A stretch of 64,000 bases of DNA from an uncultured bacterium. Its GTDB lineage: Bacteria > Verrucomicrobiota > Verrucomicrobiia > Verrucomicrobiales > V1-33. Location: positions 8,854 through 72,853 of the forward strand of contig CAJBME010000310.1 of NCBI GenBank assembly GCA_903954065.1. Direction: 5' to 3'. Position numbers and translations under genes: made by a program. Each line of letters opens with the position of its first letter. Positions within the stretch are counted from its first letter, which is position 1. This document shows, piece after piece, positions 25,460 through 34,458 of the stretch. The notes beneath the pieces were generated by a model. It searched no databases and had not been told where the DNA came from. It saw nothing but the letters and a program-made list of their open reading frames with translations.

Positions 25460-26926
25460 TTATTGTCCGGTGCGGACGAGCAGTCTTTCGCGATCCTGCG
25501 TGGTCAGGGTGTGCGATGACTGCACCCATTCCCGCGCCGCGACTGGGTCCTTATCCAGCCAGTCGTGCACGCCACTTTTGAGGGTACCCCAGCGCGTTTC
25601 GGAATCGCCAATCACAGCCGCCCATTCCAACGCGGAGGACGGGTCGTTTGCTGCCAATTGGCGAGTGAAGGCACGGATGGCCGCGTCTCGCATCGGGCTC
25701 GCGGGCTCCGCGATCAACCACTCGCTGGCCGCCACCGGATCGTGGTCGGCCCAGCGGGCTGCCAGTGAGGTGGCCGCCGAGAGTTGATGTTCATCTGTTG
25801 CCGAGTCAGCCAGTTGCCGGGCCAGTGAAGGCAGCATCTCATCCGGCGCATGCTCAGCCAGCCCCGGCAGGGCCGCGCTGCGCGCCGCGGGAGCGAGTTG
25901 ATCGACGTGCTGCGCTGCCGCCGCAAAGTCTGATTTGCTCCATTCATCCAGCACTCCGCGCAGCGCCGATGCCGAGGCGGAGGGAGGCAGTTGGTCGGCC
26001 CACGCTAACGCCCCCGCCGCGTCCGCCTTGGCCCAGCGTTGAGCCAAACTGCGGGCCAGATCCTCGCTGGCATGCAGCGCCTTATGGTCGGCAAAAACCC
26101 GGGCCGCTTGAGCCGGGTCATCCTGCGAGAGCATGTCCAAGGCGTACGGAACGCAAAAATTCCGGGTCGCCTCTGGCAGCGTGGCCAGCCAATCGACCGC
26201 CCGGTCCGGGTCAAGCCGCATAAAATCACAGGCCAGCGCAGCCGCCGCCCCTTGCATTTCAGCTGGTTTTAATGACAAAAGCGAACCATTAAAAAAGGCC
26301 ACCGCCGAGTCGAGGTCCTGTTCTGCCCACGCCCCCATGATTGACTCCGCATCCATATCGCTGATCCGCCCGGCATCAGTCTTGATCTTCTCCCCCAGAA
26401 AATTTCCCGGCGCCTTCTCCACAATCGCCGACACCAGTAACTCCCATGTGCTGGCCGCCGCCCTCATCATATTTTGATGCTTGCGCATCTCCCCAGCATT
26501 CTCCATGCGCTGGAATTCTTCGAAAACAGCCGGCCATCGCGCTTCCGGTAGCGACTGAATAAAGGCTCTGACCGCGGCCATGCGCGCCGCAGGGTCACCT
26601 ATACTAAACAACCCCAAAAGCGAACCACGAATGTCACCCGCAGCCATCGCGGAAGTCAACGCTGCAGAAAACACGACCCCCGCCCCCCGATCCACGGCCG
26701 GACCGGCTCCACCGTTTTCCTTCACGCGACGCTCCCAGCCCGGAAGATTTTCCTTCGACACCACTCCCCTCGCCCGCTCGGTCAATCCAGCGACCGCTCC
26801 AGCCGCTTGTTCGCGAAAGGAAATCCGACCCAGTAAAAAACCACCCGTGCCCGCAACCCCTCCGACCGCCACCAATAACAGCGCAACCCGGTTGCTTCGT
26901 AAAAACAGGGAAATGGACGGTCTCAT
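25460..26926 (-). CDS. membrane-anchored helical-repeat protein of unknown function
   Basis: ATG at 26926 (MRPSISLFLRSNRVALLLVAVGGVAGTGGFLLG = N-terminal TM anchor). The longest ORF starts at GTG 26944. Contains reiterated W..(D/K)DP..A..W helical motifs (AKADAAGALAWADQL, ADHDPVAASEWL, DKDPVAAREWV). Confidence 0.75.
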   Translation of the reverse strand: MRPSISLFLRSNRVALLLVAVGGVAGTGGFLLGRISFREQAAGAVAGLTERARGVVSKENLPGWERRVKENGGAGPAVDRGAGVVFSAALTSAMAAGDIRGSLLGLFSIGDPAARMAAVRAFIQSLPEARWPAVFEEFQRMENAGEMRKHQNMMRAAASTWELLVSAIVEKAPGNFLGEKIKTDAGRISDMDAESIMGAWAEQDLDSAVAFFNGSLLSLKPAEMQGAAAALACDFMRLDPDRAVDWLATLPEATRNFCVPYALDMLSQDDPAQAARVFADHKALHASEDLARSLAQRWAKADAAGALAWADQLPPSASASALRGVLDEWSKSDFAAAAQHVDQLAPAARSAALPGLAEHAPDEMLPSLARQLADSATDEHQLSAATSLAARWADHDPVAASEWLIAEPASPMRDAAIRAFTRQLAANDPSSALEWAAVIGDSETRWGTLKSGVHDWLDKDPVAAREWVQSSHTLTTQDRERLLVRTGQ

Positions 26927-26944
26927 GAAATCTTTGTCGTGCAC

Positions 26945-27400
26945 TCAGCGACTCAGATCCGTCTGCTGCAGCACACGAAACCCAGCCGATTGCAACACGC
27001 GGGCCGCCACATCAATGTCTTCGACATGCAGCGCCAGCGTCGGTTTACCCTGCGGACGCACCAGCAAGGCGTAGAGGAAATGGATGTTGGTTTCTCCAGC
27101 CAGCAAGCCATGCAACGACTTGTTCAGCGCTTCGACACCTTCGGGGAGTTCGATGACCAGCATCTCGCAACTTCCGAACGGAATGCCGCGCTCCATGAAC
27201 AGCGTTTCTGCCGCCTCAGGGTCACTGGTAATCAACCGCACCACCGCCACATCCACGGAATCCTCGACGGTCAGTCCCAAGACATGAATGCCCGCATCCT
27301 GCAACAATTTCAACACGCCAAAAAGCGTGCCGGCTTTGTTGAGCAGAAAAACAGAGAGTTGGCGGACAGGGGCGCTGTGCATCGCAGATTCAGTTTCCAT
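26945..27400 (-). CDS. ACT-domain protein
   Basis: METESAMHSAPVRQLSVFLLNKAGTLFGVLKLLQDAGIHVLGLTV... gives two ACT-like beta-alpha-beta-beta-alpha-beta halves. The upstream part of track ORF 26945..27634 is Gly/Pro/Arg-rich and looks non-coding. The stop abuts the next gene. Confidence 0.7.
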   Translation of the reverse strand: METESAMHSAPVRQLSVFLLNKAGTLFGVLKLLQDAGIHVLGLTVEDSVDVAVVRLITSDPEAAETLFMERGIPFGSCEMLVIELPEGVEALNKSLHGLLAGETNIHFLYALLVRPQGKPTLALHVEDIDVAARVLQSAGFRVLQQTDLSR

Positions 27401-27581
27401 AGGAAAAGTACGTTCATCATGGTCCTCTCCGCAGCGATGCGCAAGTCCCATGCCGGGCTCATTCGCCTGCGGGTCGGTGTTCTGCCAGCGGAGCGGCGCG
27501 CCCCCTCCACCCGGAGGCCCGCCCCCGCCCCTCCCAAGCGGTTGGCCTGCCATTGAACGTCTACTCTTTAAAACACCGACT

Positions 27582-28289
27582 TCAATCCGCCATCGATCCA
27601 CGCAATCGTCGCAGCGCCAGCAAAGAAACGGCAAATAAAACCAGATAATAAACTACAATCATTCCCATACGCGTCCACGTCAGGTCTTCGCTGGCATCTC
27701 CGACATAAATTGTCACCAACGCCCGGGCCGTGTGCAACGCCGCACTGAGCCCAAACATCAAAGGAAAGGGTGTGCCAATCGCCGGCAATAAATACAGCTG
27801 CACCACATACGGCATACCAGGAAGCAGCCCGCACAATAACGTCACATCTCGGCAACTCGTGCCCGCAAAACGCCGCCGCCAAGGCGCCAGACGCCGGAAA
27901 AACCGCTCTGGCAACGCCTGTACCAACATCCACCCGAGAACATGATGCAACACCCCAGTCACCGCCACCACCACGCCCCCACCTAAAAATCCAAATCGCA
28001 TGCCCGCCACCACATGCAGCCAACTGACCGGAAATCCGGCCAATGGCAAGATCACCATCACCAGAAAAACCACCCCTCCCGACTGGCCTCTCGCCAGCTG
28101 ATACAACTCTTTCACATCAAATCGCCTCCACAACAAAGCCACCGCCATCAACCCCGCAATCACAACAACCACCTTCACCCAAAAAGCTGGACTCACCCTC
28201 GCCGCCGCCAGCCAGTTCACGACCCGCCCCCAACAGGAATTCCGCCCGCCCGGGCCCGGCTCATCAGTGGGAACATGACTCATATCCAT
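27582..28289 (-). CDS. TVP38/TMEM64 (DedA-related) family membrane protein
   Basis: Multi-pass hydrophobic profile. VVFLVMVILPLAGFPVSWLHVVAGMRFGFLGGGVVVAVTGVLHHVLGWML is typical of the family. Start at ATG 28289 or 28283. Confidence 0.7.
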   Translation of the reverse strand: MDMSHVPTDEPGPGGRNSCWGRVVNWLAAARVSPAFWVKVVVVIAGLMAVALLWRRFDVKELYQLARGQSGGVVFLVMVILPLAGFPVSWLHVVAGMRFGFLGGGVVVAVTGVLHHVLGWMLVQALPERFFRRLAPWRRRFAGTSCRDVTLLCGLLPGMPYVVQLYLLPAIGTPFPLMFGLSAALHTARALVTIYVGDASEDLTWTRMGMIVVYYLVLFAVSLLALRRLRGSMAD

Positions 28290-28350
28290 CAAAGAAATAA
28301 AGATGACTGACACACCACCACACGCCCGTACACTCGAGCCCAACCTCATT

Positions 28351-28701
28351 ATGACCGTAAATCAACTCTCCGCTCAAATACCCTTCGTGACCAAGGACGG
28401 CACCACCATCCGCAGCCTGCTCGATCGCACCAACGCCCCCGTGCAGAACCAGTCTCTGGCCGAAGCCGCCATGACCGAAGGACAGGTCAGTCAACGCCAC
28501 TACCATGCGCGCAGCGAAGAGTTTTACTTCATTCTGGAAGGCACGGGTATCATGCAAATCAATGAGGAAACCCGCCCTATCGCCCCCGGCGACGCCATCC
28601 TCATTCCCCCCGGCGCTTGGCACCAGATCACCGCCACCCAACCGCTCCGCTTCCTCTGCTGCTGCGCCCCTGCTTATGATCACGAGGATACTTACTTTTA
28701 G
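28351..28701 (+). CDS. cupin domain protein
   Basis: Cupin_2 motifs RHYHARSEEFYFILEGTG and PGDAILIPPGAWHQI. ATG at 28351 is preferred over 28303, which would leave only 13 bp to the divergent gene. Confidence 0.8.
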   Translation: MTVNQLSAQIPFVTKDGTTIRSLLDRTNAPVQNQSLAEAAMTEGQVSQRHYHARSEEFYFILEGTGIMQINEETRPIAPGDAILIPPGAWHQITATQPLRFLCCCAPAYDHEDTYF

Positions 28702-28730
28702 GAAAAATCTTGACGCTCTAGGGCTTACTC

Positions 28731-30944
28731 ATGATCAAACGATTTTACAGAATCATCCTAGCCGGATTCGCGGCCGCCGTTTTAACCTTAGTGGCAGCGG
28801 GAGAGGAGGTGTCGTGGCGCATTGTCGCTAGGCCGGATAACGATGTCGTCAGAGTCCTGACCGAGGCCGGAGCAAGGGTGCAACGCTTCGATGATGCAGC
28901 AACAGCCATCAGGCAAGCGCCGCCCGGCTCGGGTGTATTGCTGCTGGCAGATCACTACCCGCAACAGACGACCCAGCTGGCTCCTGAGTTATTCGATCAC
29001 GCCCGCGACAGGAAGTTGCGCCTCTACGTGGAATATCCGTCGTCGGTTCCAGAGCTTGAGTTCGGCCCACCCCAATCCCTGAAAACTGGACATTGGGGCA
29101 ACATTCTGGAACGCACGGTGGTGGCTAGCGATGCCTTTGGCGATGCACTCAAAAAACAGCGCATTCTCATGATTCACGACTGCCACTATTTACCGGTGAA
29201 GGCCAGCCACCCGCATCTGGTGGTCGCCCGGGTGGCAGGTTATGATGATGCTTTGTACGGCCTTCCAGCCAATGATGTCCACCCCATCCTTTTCGAGCAC
29301 CCCGCCGGTCACATGCTGGTGGCAACCACGAAACTCAGCCAGTTCGTAACGGCTCGCTACGCCCCTCTAAACGGCTGGGAGCCAGTGTGGCGGATGATTC
29401 TGAAGTACGTGGAGCCGGAGGCCGAAGTGCCACTGCTGCGCTGGAAACCAACGGTGTATCCTTCGTTCACGCGAGAGATCGAGCTGCCAGCGGATGTCGA
29501 ACGTCAGGCCCTCCAGCGCGGAGCGGAGTGGTATCGGAAGTCCGGCCTTCTTGTCCATCCGTCGTGGCAAGCGCGTTATGATCGGCCAGCCAATCAGGGG
29601 CCAGCCACCGCCGACTGGCCGGATGGACATCGCGCAGGACCGGGGGCAGGCCGCGAGGAACCCTCAGGTGACGGCAGCCTTGGCCTGCTTGAGGGATTTC
29701 GGTCAAAGATCTACGACGACGGATCGCAATCGGTCCTGTGGTGGCGCCGGGCGGACAATAATGCTGAATCGGCCGGAGCGCTCGCACTGGCCGGCTCGGT
29801 ACTGAACCAACCGGAATTCACCCGCATTGGATCGAATCTTGCCAACTGGCTGACGGGCCAATCGGTGCTTGCCACCGGGGCGTTTGCCGATGTGAAAAAT
29901 CCGGCGTTCGGCTTCGTTGGCTGGAATGACGTGCCGCGTTACTTCGGCGAGGCCAATGGTTATGACCAATTGTGGGCCGATGACAATGCGCGCGCTTGGC
30001 TCGGTTTGTTGCGGACCGCGGTGGCGTTGGGCACGGATAGGTTCGACGAACGTTTGGCTCAGCAGCTTCTTGCCATGATGCGGCTCACGGGGCGAAAGGG
30101 ATTTGCCGTTCCACACACTGAGCTGCCCTCACTCGCCAGTGGCGGGTGGGAACAGCATTTCAAGGGATCGTTCGAAGATCTGTCTCCACACTACCAAGCT
30201 TACGTGCAAGCGTGTCTGCTCTGGGGGGCAAAGGCCACTGGATTTCCACCTCTCAAGGAACGCGCCACTCAGGGCATCCGGCGGATGATGGAGGCTTATC
30301 CGCAAGGCTGGTCGGCAACTAACGATCAGTACAATCAGGAACGGGCCCGCATGCTCTTAGCGTTAGCCTGGCTCGTCCGGCTGGACGACACGCCGGAACA
30401 CCGGGAATGGCTGCGGCGCGTGGCCACTGATCTCACCGCTGACATGGACGCCTGCGGGGCCATTCTCACCAAGATCAAACAGGGGCCGGCCAGCAACGAC
30501 GCCTATGGCACCGGCGAGACCACGCTTGTACAAGCCAATGGCGATCCGAATACCGATCTCCTCTACACGGTAAACTTCGCCCTCGTGGGCTTGCACGAAG
30601 CCGCCGCAGCCACTGGCGAACCCCTCTACCGCGACGCCGCAGATAAAATTGTGAACTTCCTGTGCCGGGTGCAAGTCAAGAGCGAGGCCCAGCCACAACT
30701 CGACGGCGGATGGTTCCGCGGCTTCGACTTTGGCCGCTGGGAATACTGGGGCAGCGACGCCGATATCGGCTGGAGCCTCTACACCATGGAGACCGGTTGG
30801 ATCTCGGGCGAAATACTCTCCGTACTCGCGTTGCGGCAGATGAAGACATCGTTGTGGGAATTCACGGCCACCAGCACGATCGAGCGTCACTTCCAAACCT
30901 GGCGCGAACGAATGCTGCCAGACGATGTACTGTCCGACAAATAA
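28731..30944 (+). CDS. secreted protein of unknown function (737 aa)
   Basis: Signal peptide MIKRFYRIILAGFAAAVLTLVAAGEE. The Trp-rich C-terminal half (WADDNARAWLGLLRTA, GGWFRGFDFGRWEYWGSDADIGWSLYTMETGW) suggests an alpha/alpha-toroid-like fold. No catalytic motif recognised. 29 bp after the cupin gene. Confidence 0.8.
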   Translation: MIKRFYRIILAGFAAAVLTLVAAGEEVSWRIVARPDNDVVRVLTEAGARVQRFDDAATAIRQAPPGSGVLLLADHYPQQTTQLAPELFDHARDRKLRLYVEYPSSVPELEFGPPQSLKTGHWGNILERTVVASDAFGDALKKQRILMIHDCHYLPVKASHPHLVVARVAGYDDALYGLPANDVHPILFEHPAGHMLVATTKLSQFVTARYAPLNGWEPVWRMILKYVEPEAEVPLLRWKPTVYPSFTREIELPADVERQALQRGAEWYRKSGLLVHPSWQARYDRPANQGPATADWPDGHRAGPGAGREEPSGDGSLGLLEGFRSKIYDDGSQSVLWWRRADNNAESAGALALAGSVLNQPEFTRIGSNLANWLTGQSVLATGAFADVKNPAFGFVGWNDVPRYFGEANGYDQLWADDNARAWLGLLRTAVALGTDRFDERLAQQLLAMMRLTGRKGFAVPHTELPSLASGGWEQHFKGSFEDLSPHYQAYVQACLLWGAKATGFPPLKERATQGIRRMMEAYPQGWSATNDQYNQERARMLLALAWLVRLDDTPEHREWLRRVATDLTADMDACGAILTKIKQGPASNDAYGTGETTLVQANGDPNTDLLYTVNFALVGLHEAAAATGEPLYRDAADKIVNFLCRVQVKSEAQPQLDGGWFRGFDFGRWEYWGSDADIGWSLYTMETGWISGEILSVLALRQMKTSLWEFTATSTIERHFQTWRERMLPDDVLSDK

Positions 30945-31136
30945 GCTAAGGATATTGTTTTATCCCATGGCCCAAACTTGGATGTCAATTGGCCCGAATG
31001 AGAAGGCAGGCGTGCTGTATTCCTGAAATGAGTGTACAATCGGCAGACTTTCGTTACATTTTGTTTATTGCTCAATCACACGGCGGCCTTGCTCAGTTAT
31101 CGATAAGCCATCACTAGCCTTCAAACCAGCCAATCA

Positions 31137-32825
31137 ATGAAAAGCCAAATATTGCAACCCTCCTCCCGAGTCTTACTTGGAGCGATTTCTATGGGTCTAT
31201 TTGGAGTCACCGCCAATGCCACAATTCTCACATTTAGAACAGACACGGCAAAGGTTCCGGTCTACACCACGATGGACGCCATTCAAGATTACGGAAGCAA
31301 TGTGGCTGCCGACAGCGTGATTTCTGGCCCCTACACCTACTACTACGACATGGGCAACGGGTGGACCCCCGATGTAACGGTCCGATACTCCACGGAATCA
31401 CCAACGGATTTTCCGGAGTACTATGGCGACAGCAATGGAGACAGCGTCTGGCCTGGCGTGCTTTTCTTATGGTCCCATCTTTTTAGTGGTGGAGACGGCC
31501 AGTCGTTGGGCACGAAAATGCCCATTGGTTATGAGTATTACGTCACGTTCACTCCCAGCGCAGCCAACAAAGGGGTATTCCTTAATAGCTTCGTCTTAAA
31601 CGACTATGGCGGCTACACCGCGCCGGGGTCACCTCCTCAGGAAGTGCAATGGCGAGTAGCCATGGGCAGTCCGTCGGGCACCCTCGTGGCTTCAGGTTCG
31701 GCCACGCTTCAAGACGGTGATATATCCACCATCTCCACAGGAATGACAGCAAGCCAAGCCAGTCTGGAGCCGCTGGTCCTGGTCATCAAACGCACAGGGG
31801 GCACTGAGGACGATCTAGCCGTCGATGACATCGATTTTGACCAAACAGAAATCGTTCCCCCCACCATTTATAACAATGCTGTGCGAGCAAGTAATCCGAA
31901 GTATTACTGGACATTCGATGAAACGGGTCTAACGAGTGCCAAGGAACAGATGGGTGGCAATACCGTCGACAGCTTCAACCCGAGTGCCGAATCTGCGAAG
32001 GCGCCATCCACATCCATTTCCGGAGGAATCAGCTTGGGTCAGGCGCTCTCTTTGGATAACACCGTGACCAGCGTGTGGAACACCGGTGACCTGTCTGGCC
32101 CGGTCTTCTCTGGAGCTTGGGCCTACGAAGTGTGGATCAAAGCCGCCGACCCGCTCGCGTATCAATATATCGTCGGATCCCAAGCCGAAAATGGCTTCAA
32201 TACAGGAACAATCGCCCAGGCTTCGAATTTCCAGAACGACCCCGGAAATCCCCGTATCATCCTGTTTACACTCATGAGTGCCCCGCATTCCTTCAATTCT
32301 GACAGCGCGCCCCAGAGCGACGGATGGCATCATTGGGTGTTTGTGACCAAAACGCCGACGCAGGGAACGGATGTCTATCGCGACGGCGCTCGCCTCGGAA
32401 CATTCGGAAACGGATCCGTAATCGCTCCATTCCCCGCTCGCGAGCTGCGGGCAGGTGGATGGAGCCCGACACCCAACAGCGAGAATTTCACCGGCCTGAT
32501 CGATGAACTCGCCATCTACGACCTCGCTGGCCTAGACGAAGGCGCTCTGGCTGCCAAAGGTCAGGAAATCGCGGGTCATTACCGGATGGGCAGTGTCGCT
32601 CCCACCCTCCAATTCACTCACGTATTCCGCCATCCAGAGAATGGCCAATTGTCGCTGACCTGGGCGTCTGAGCCGGGGAAAACGTATCGACTCATTGCTT
32701 CAACAGATTTGGTTGGTTTCAACACGGTGATCGCTGAAACTATTCAGTCTGGCGGAACGAGCACGACCTATGGTCCATTCGCTAGCTCTCTCCCGACAGT
32801 GTTCTTCAAAGTAAGCGAAAAGTAA
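31137..32825 (+). CDS. secreted LamG-domain protein with shared C-terminal tail
   Basis: Signal peptide LLGAISMGLFGVTANA. LamG-type segment (WAYEVWIKAADP..DGWHHWVFVTK..FTGLIDELAIYDLAGL). Tail GKTYRLIASTDLVGFNTV...TVFFKVSEK. Visibly lower GC than its neighbours. Confidence 0.88.
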   Translation: MKSQILQPSSRVLLGAISMGLFGVTANATILTFRTDTAKVPVYTTMDAIQDYGSNVAADSVISGPYTYYYDMGNGWTPDVTVRYSTESPTDFPEYYGDSNGDSVWPGVLFLWSHLFSGGDGQSLGTKMPIGYEYYVTFTPSAANKGVFLNSFVLNDYGGYTAPGSPPQEVQWRVAMGSPSGTLVASGSATLQDGDISTISTGMTASQASLEPLVLVIKRTGGTEDDLAVDDIDFDQTEIVPPTIYNNAVRASNPKYYWTFDETGLTSAKEQMGGNTVDSFNPSAESAKAPSTSISGGISLGQALSLDNTVTSVWNTGDLSGPVFSGAWAYEVWIKAADPLAYQYIVGSQAENGFNTGTIAQASNFQNDPGNPRIILFTLMSAPHSFNSDSAPQSDGWHHWVFVTKTPTQGTDVYRDGARLGTFGNGSVIAPFPARELRAGGWSPTPNSENFTGLIDELAIYDLAGLDEGALAAKGQEIAGHYRMGSVAPTLQFTHVFRHPENGQLSLTWASEPGKTYRLIASTDLVGFNTVIAETIQSGGTSTTYGPFASSLPTVFFKVSEK

Positions 32826-32850
32826 TAAGAGGTTATTCAACCGATGAGGT

Positions 32851-32880
32851 GGAGCGGACCGCAGAGAGGCGGCCCGCTTC
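32851..32880. terminator. imperfect hairpin between convergent genes
   Basis: ggagcggaccgc-agagag-gcggcccgcttc, with 10 of 12 stem positions paired. No T-run. Confidence 0.3.
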
Positions 32881-32952
32881 CATGGACAGATGGCGATAGC
32901 TCGCGGCCCCGGGCCGTAGCGGCCGTTCTACAGAGGGGTGAGGCCCTGCGTT

Positions 32953-34458
32953 TCAAGCTATAATCTGCCGCATGGGATGACCGAATTCTATTTCTAGTCG
33001 CTGGCGTCCGGGAATGACGAGCCTCTCCGGTTCGAGACCCAGCTGGTGGAGAACGGTGGCGTGGAGATCGGTGACGTAGTGACGGTTTTCCACCGCATGA
33101 AAACCGAGTTCGTCCGTGGCTCCGTGGGCGATGCCGCCCTTGATGCCGCCGCCGGCGAGCCACACCGAGAATCCGTAGGGGTGATGATCCCGCCCATCGC
33201 CGCCCTGATCACCGGGAGTCCGTCCGAATTCCGTTCCCCACACGACCAGCGTTTCATCGAGCAGGCCTCGCTGTTTGAGATCCTTGAGCAGCCCGGCAAT
33301 GGGAAGGTCCACCTGGCCACAGAGCCGACTGTGTCCGTTGCGCAAGTCGCCATGGGCATCCCATTCGCCCGCCCCGCCATTGCTGCCATGGAAAATCTGA
33401 ATGAACCTCACCCCTCGTTCCACCAGCCTCCGGGCGGCCAAACATTGCTCGCCAAAAGGTTTTGTTACCCCTTGATCGAGGCCATAGAGCCGCTGGGTGG
33501 CTTCTGATTCTTGGCTGAAGGCCATGATCTCGGGCACTGCCATCTGCATGCGGAACGCGAGTTCGTAGGATTTAATACGCGCGGCCAGAGCGGCATCTTC
33601 CGGATACTCGATGGCAGAAAACCGGTTAAGGCGGTCGATCAGCGCGAACTGAGCCTGCTGCTCTTCGGTGAATACATCCGCCCCCGGCCCCGCGTAGGGC
33701 AACGGTCTTTTGGGGTCGATGGCGAGTTGCACTCCTTGGTGGGCGGGGCCTAGGTAGTTTGCTCCGTGGGCCCCCAGACCGCCGCAGCAGTCAGCGATCG
33801 GCTTGCCCATGACCACGAACTGCGGGAGGTTTTCATTGAGCGAGCCCAATCCATAGTGGACCCACGAACCAATGGTGGGAAATTGCCCATCAAGAACATG
33901 GCGGCCAGTATGAAATTGGAGCTGAGCACCATGATTGTTATCTGTGGTCCACATCGAACGCACAACAGCGATGTCGTCGATGCAGCTGCCGACATGCGGC
34001 CACCAATCGCTCACTTCGATTCCACTTTGCGCGCGCTTGCTGTAGCCGACCTGCATAGGGAAAATTTTCGGCTGCACTTTGTGCACTCCGGGCGACAGCT
34101 CGCGCAGGTTGGTTTTGAGGTATTTGGAATCGAGCGCCGCCTTAAAAGGGGTCTCGTCGATGCTCTTTCCTTGATAGCGGTTGAGATCGGGTTTGGGATC
34201 AAAGCTCTCCATCTGGCTGGTACCGCCGATCATGAAGAGCCAGATCACACTGCGTGCCTTCGGGGCGATGGTCGGCAGGTGCGGGATCAGTGCTGCTGCC
34301 GGACCGGCGACCTCAGCGCCATTGGCTCGGGAGATGCCGTCCCTAGCCAGCAGGGAGCCCATCACCATCCCGGTCATTCCCATGCCGCAATCTGACAGGA
34401 ATGACCTCCGGCTGCCTAGAGCTTGCCATTTGTTATTGTGAGTGCCTTTCATGGTCAT
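32953..34458 (-). CDS. DUF1501 domain protein (sulfatase/phosphatase-like fold), Tat signal
   Basis: SRRSFLSDCGMGMTGMVMGSLLA Tat-type signal. Family hallmarks [50 protein letters not shown]. The start overlaps the upstream stop (ATGA at 34455-34458). Confidence 0.9.
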   Translation of the reverse strand: MTMKGTHNNKWQALGSRRSFLSDCGMGMTGMVMGSLLARDGISRANGAEVAGPAAALIPHLPTIAPKARSVIWLFMIGGTSQMESFDPKPDLNRYQGKSIDETPFKAALDSKYLKTNLRELSPGVHKVQPKIFPMQVGYSKRAQSGIEVSDWWPHVGSCIDDIAVVRSMWTTDNNHGAQLQFHTGRHVLDGQFPTIGSWVHYGLGSLNENLPQFVVMGKPIADCCGGLGAHGANYLGPAHQGVQLAIDPKRPLPYAGPGADVFTEEQQAQFALIDRLNRFSAIEYPEDAALAARIKSYELAFRMQMAVPEIMAFSQESEATQRLYGLDQGVTKPFGEQCLAARRLVERGVRFIQIFHGSNGGAGEWDAHGDLRNGHSRLCGQVDLPIAGLLKDLKQRGLLDETLVVWGTEFGRTPGDQGGDGRDHHPYGFSVWLAGGGIKGGIAHGATDELGFHAVENRHYVTDLHATVLHQLGLEPERLVIPGRQRLEIEFGHPMRQIIA

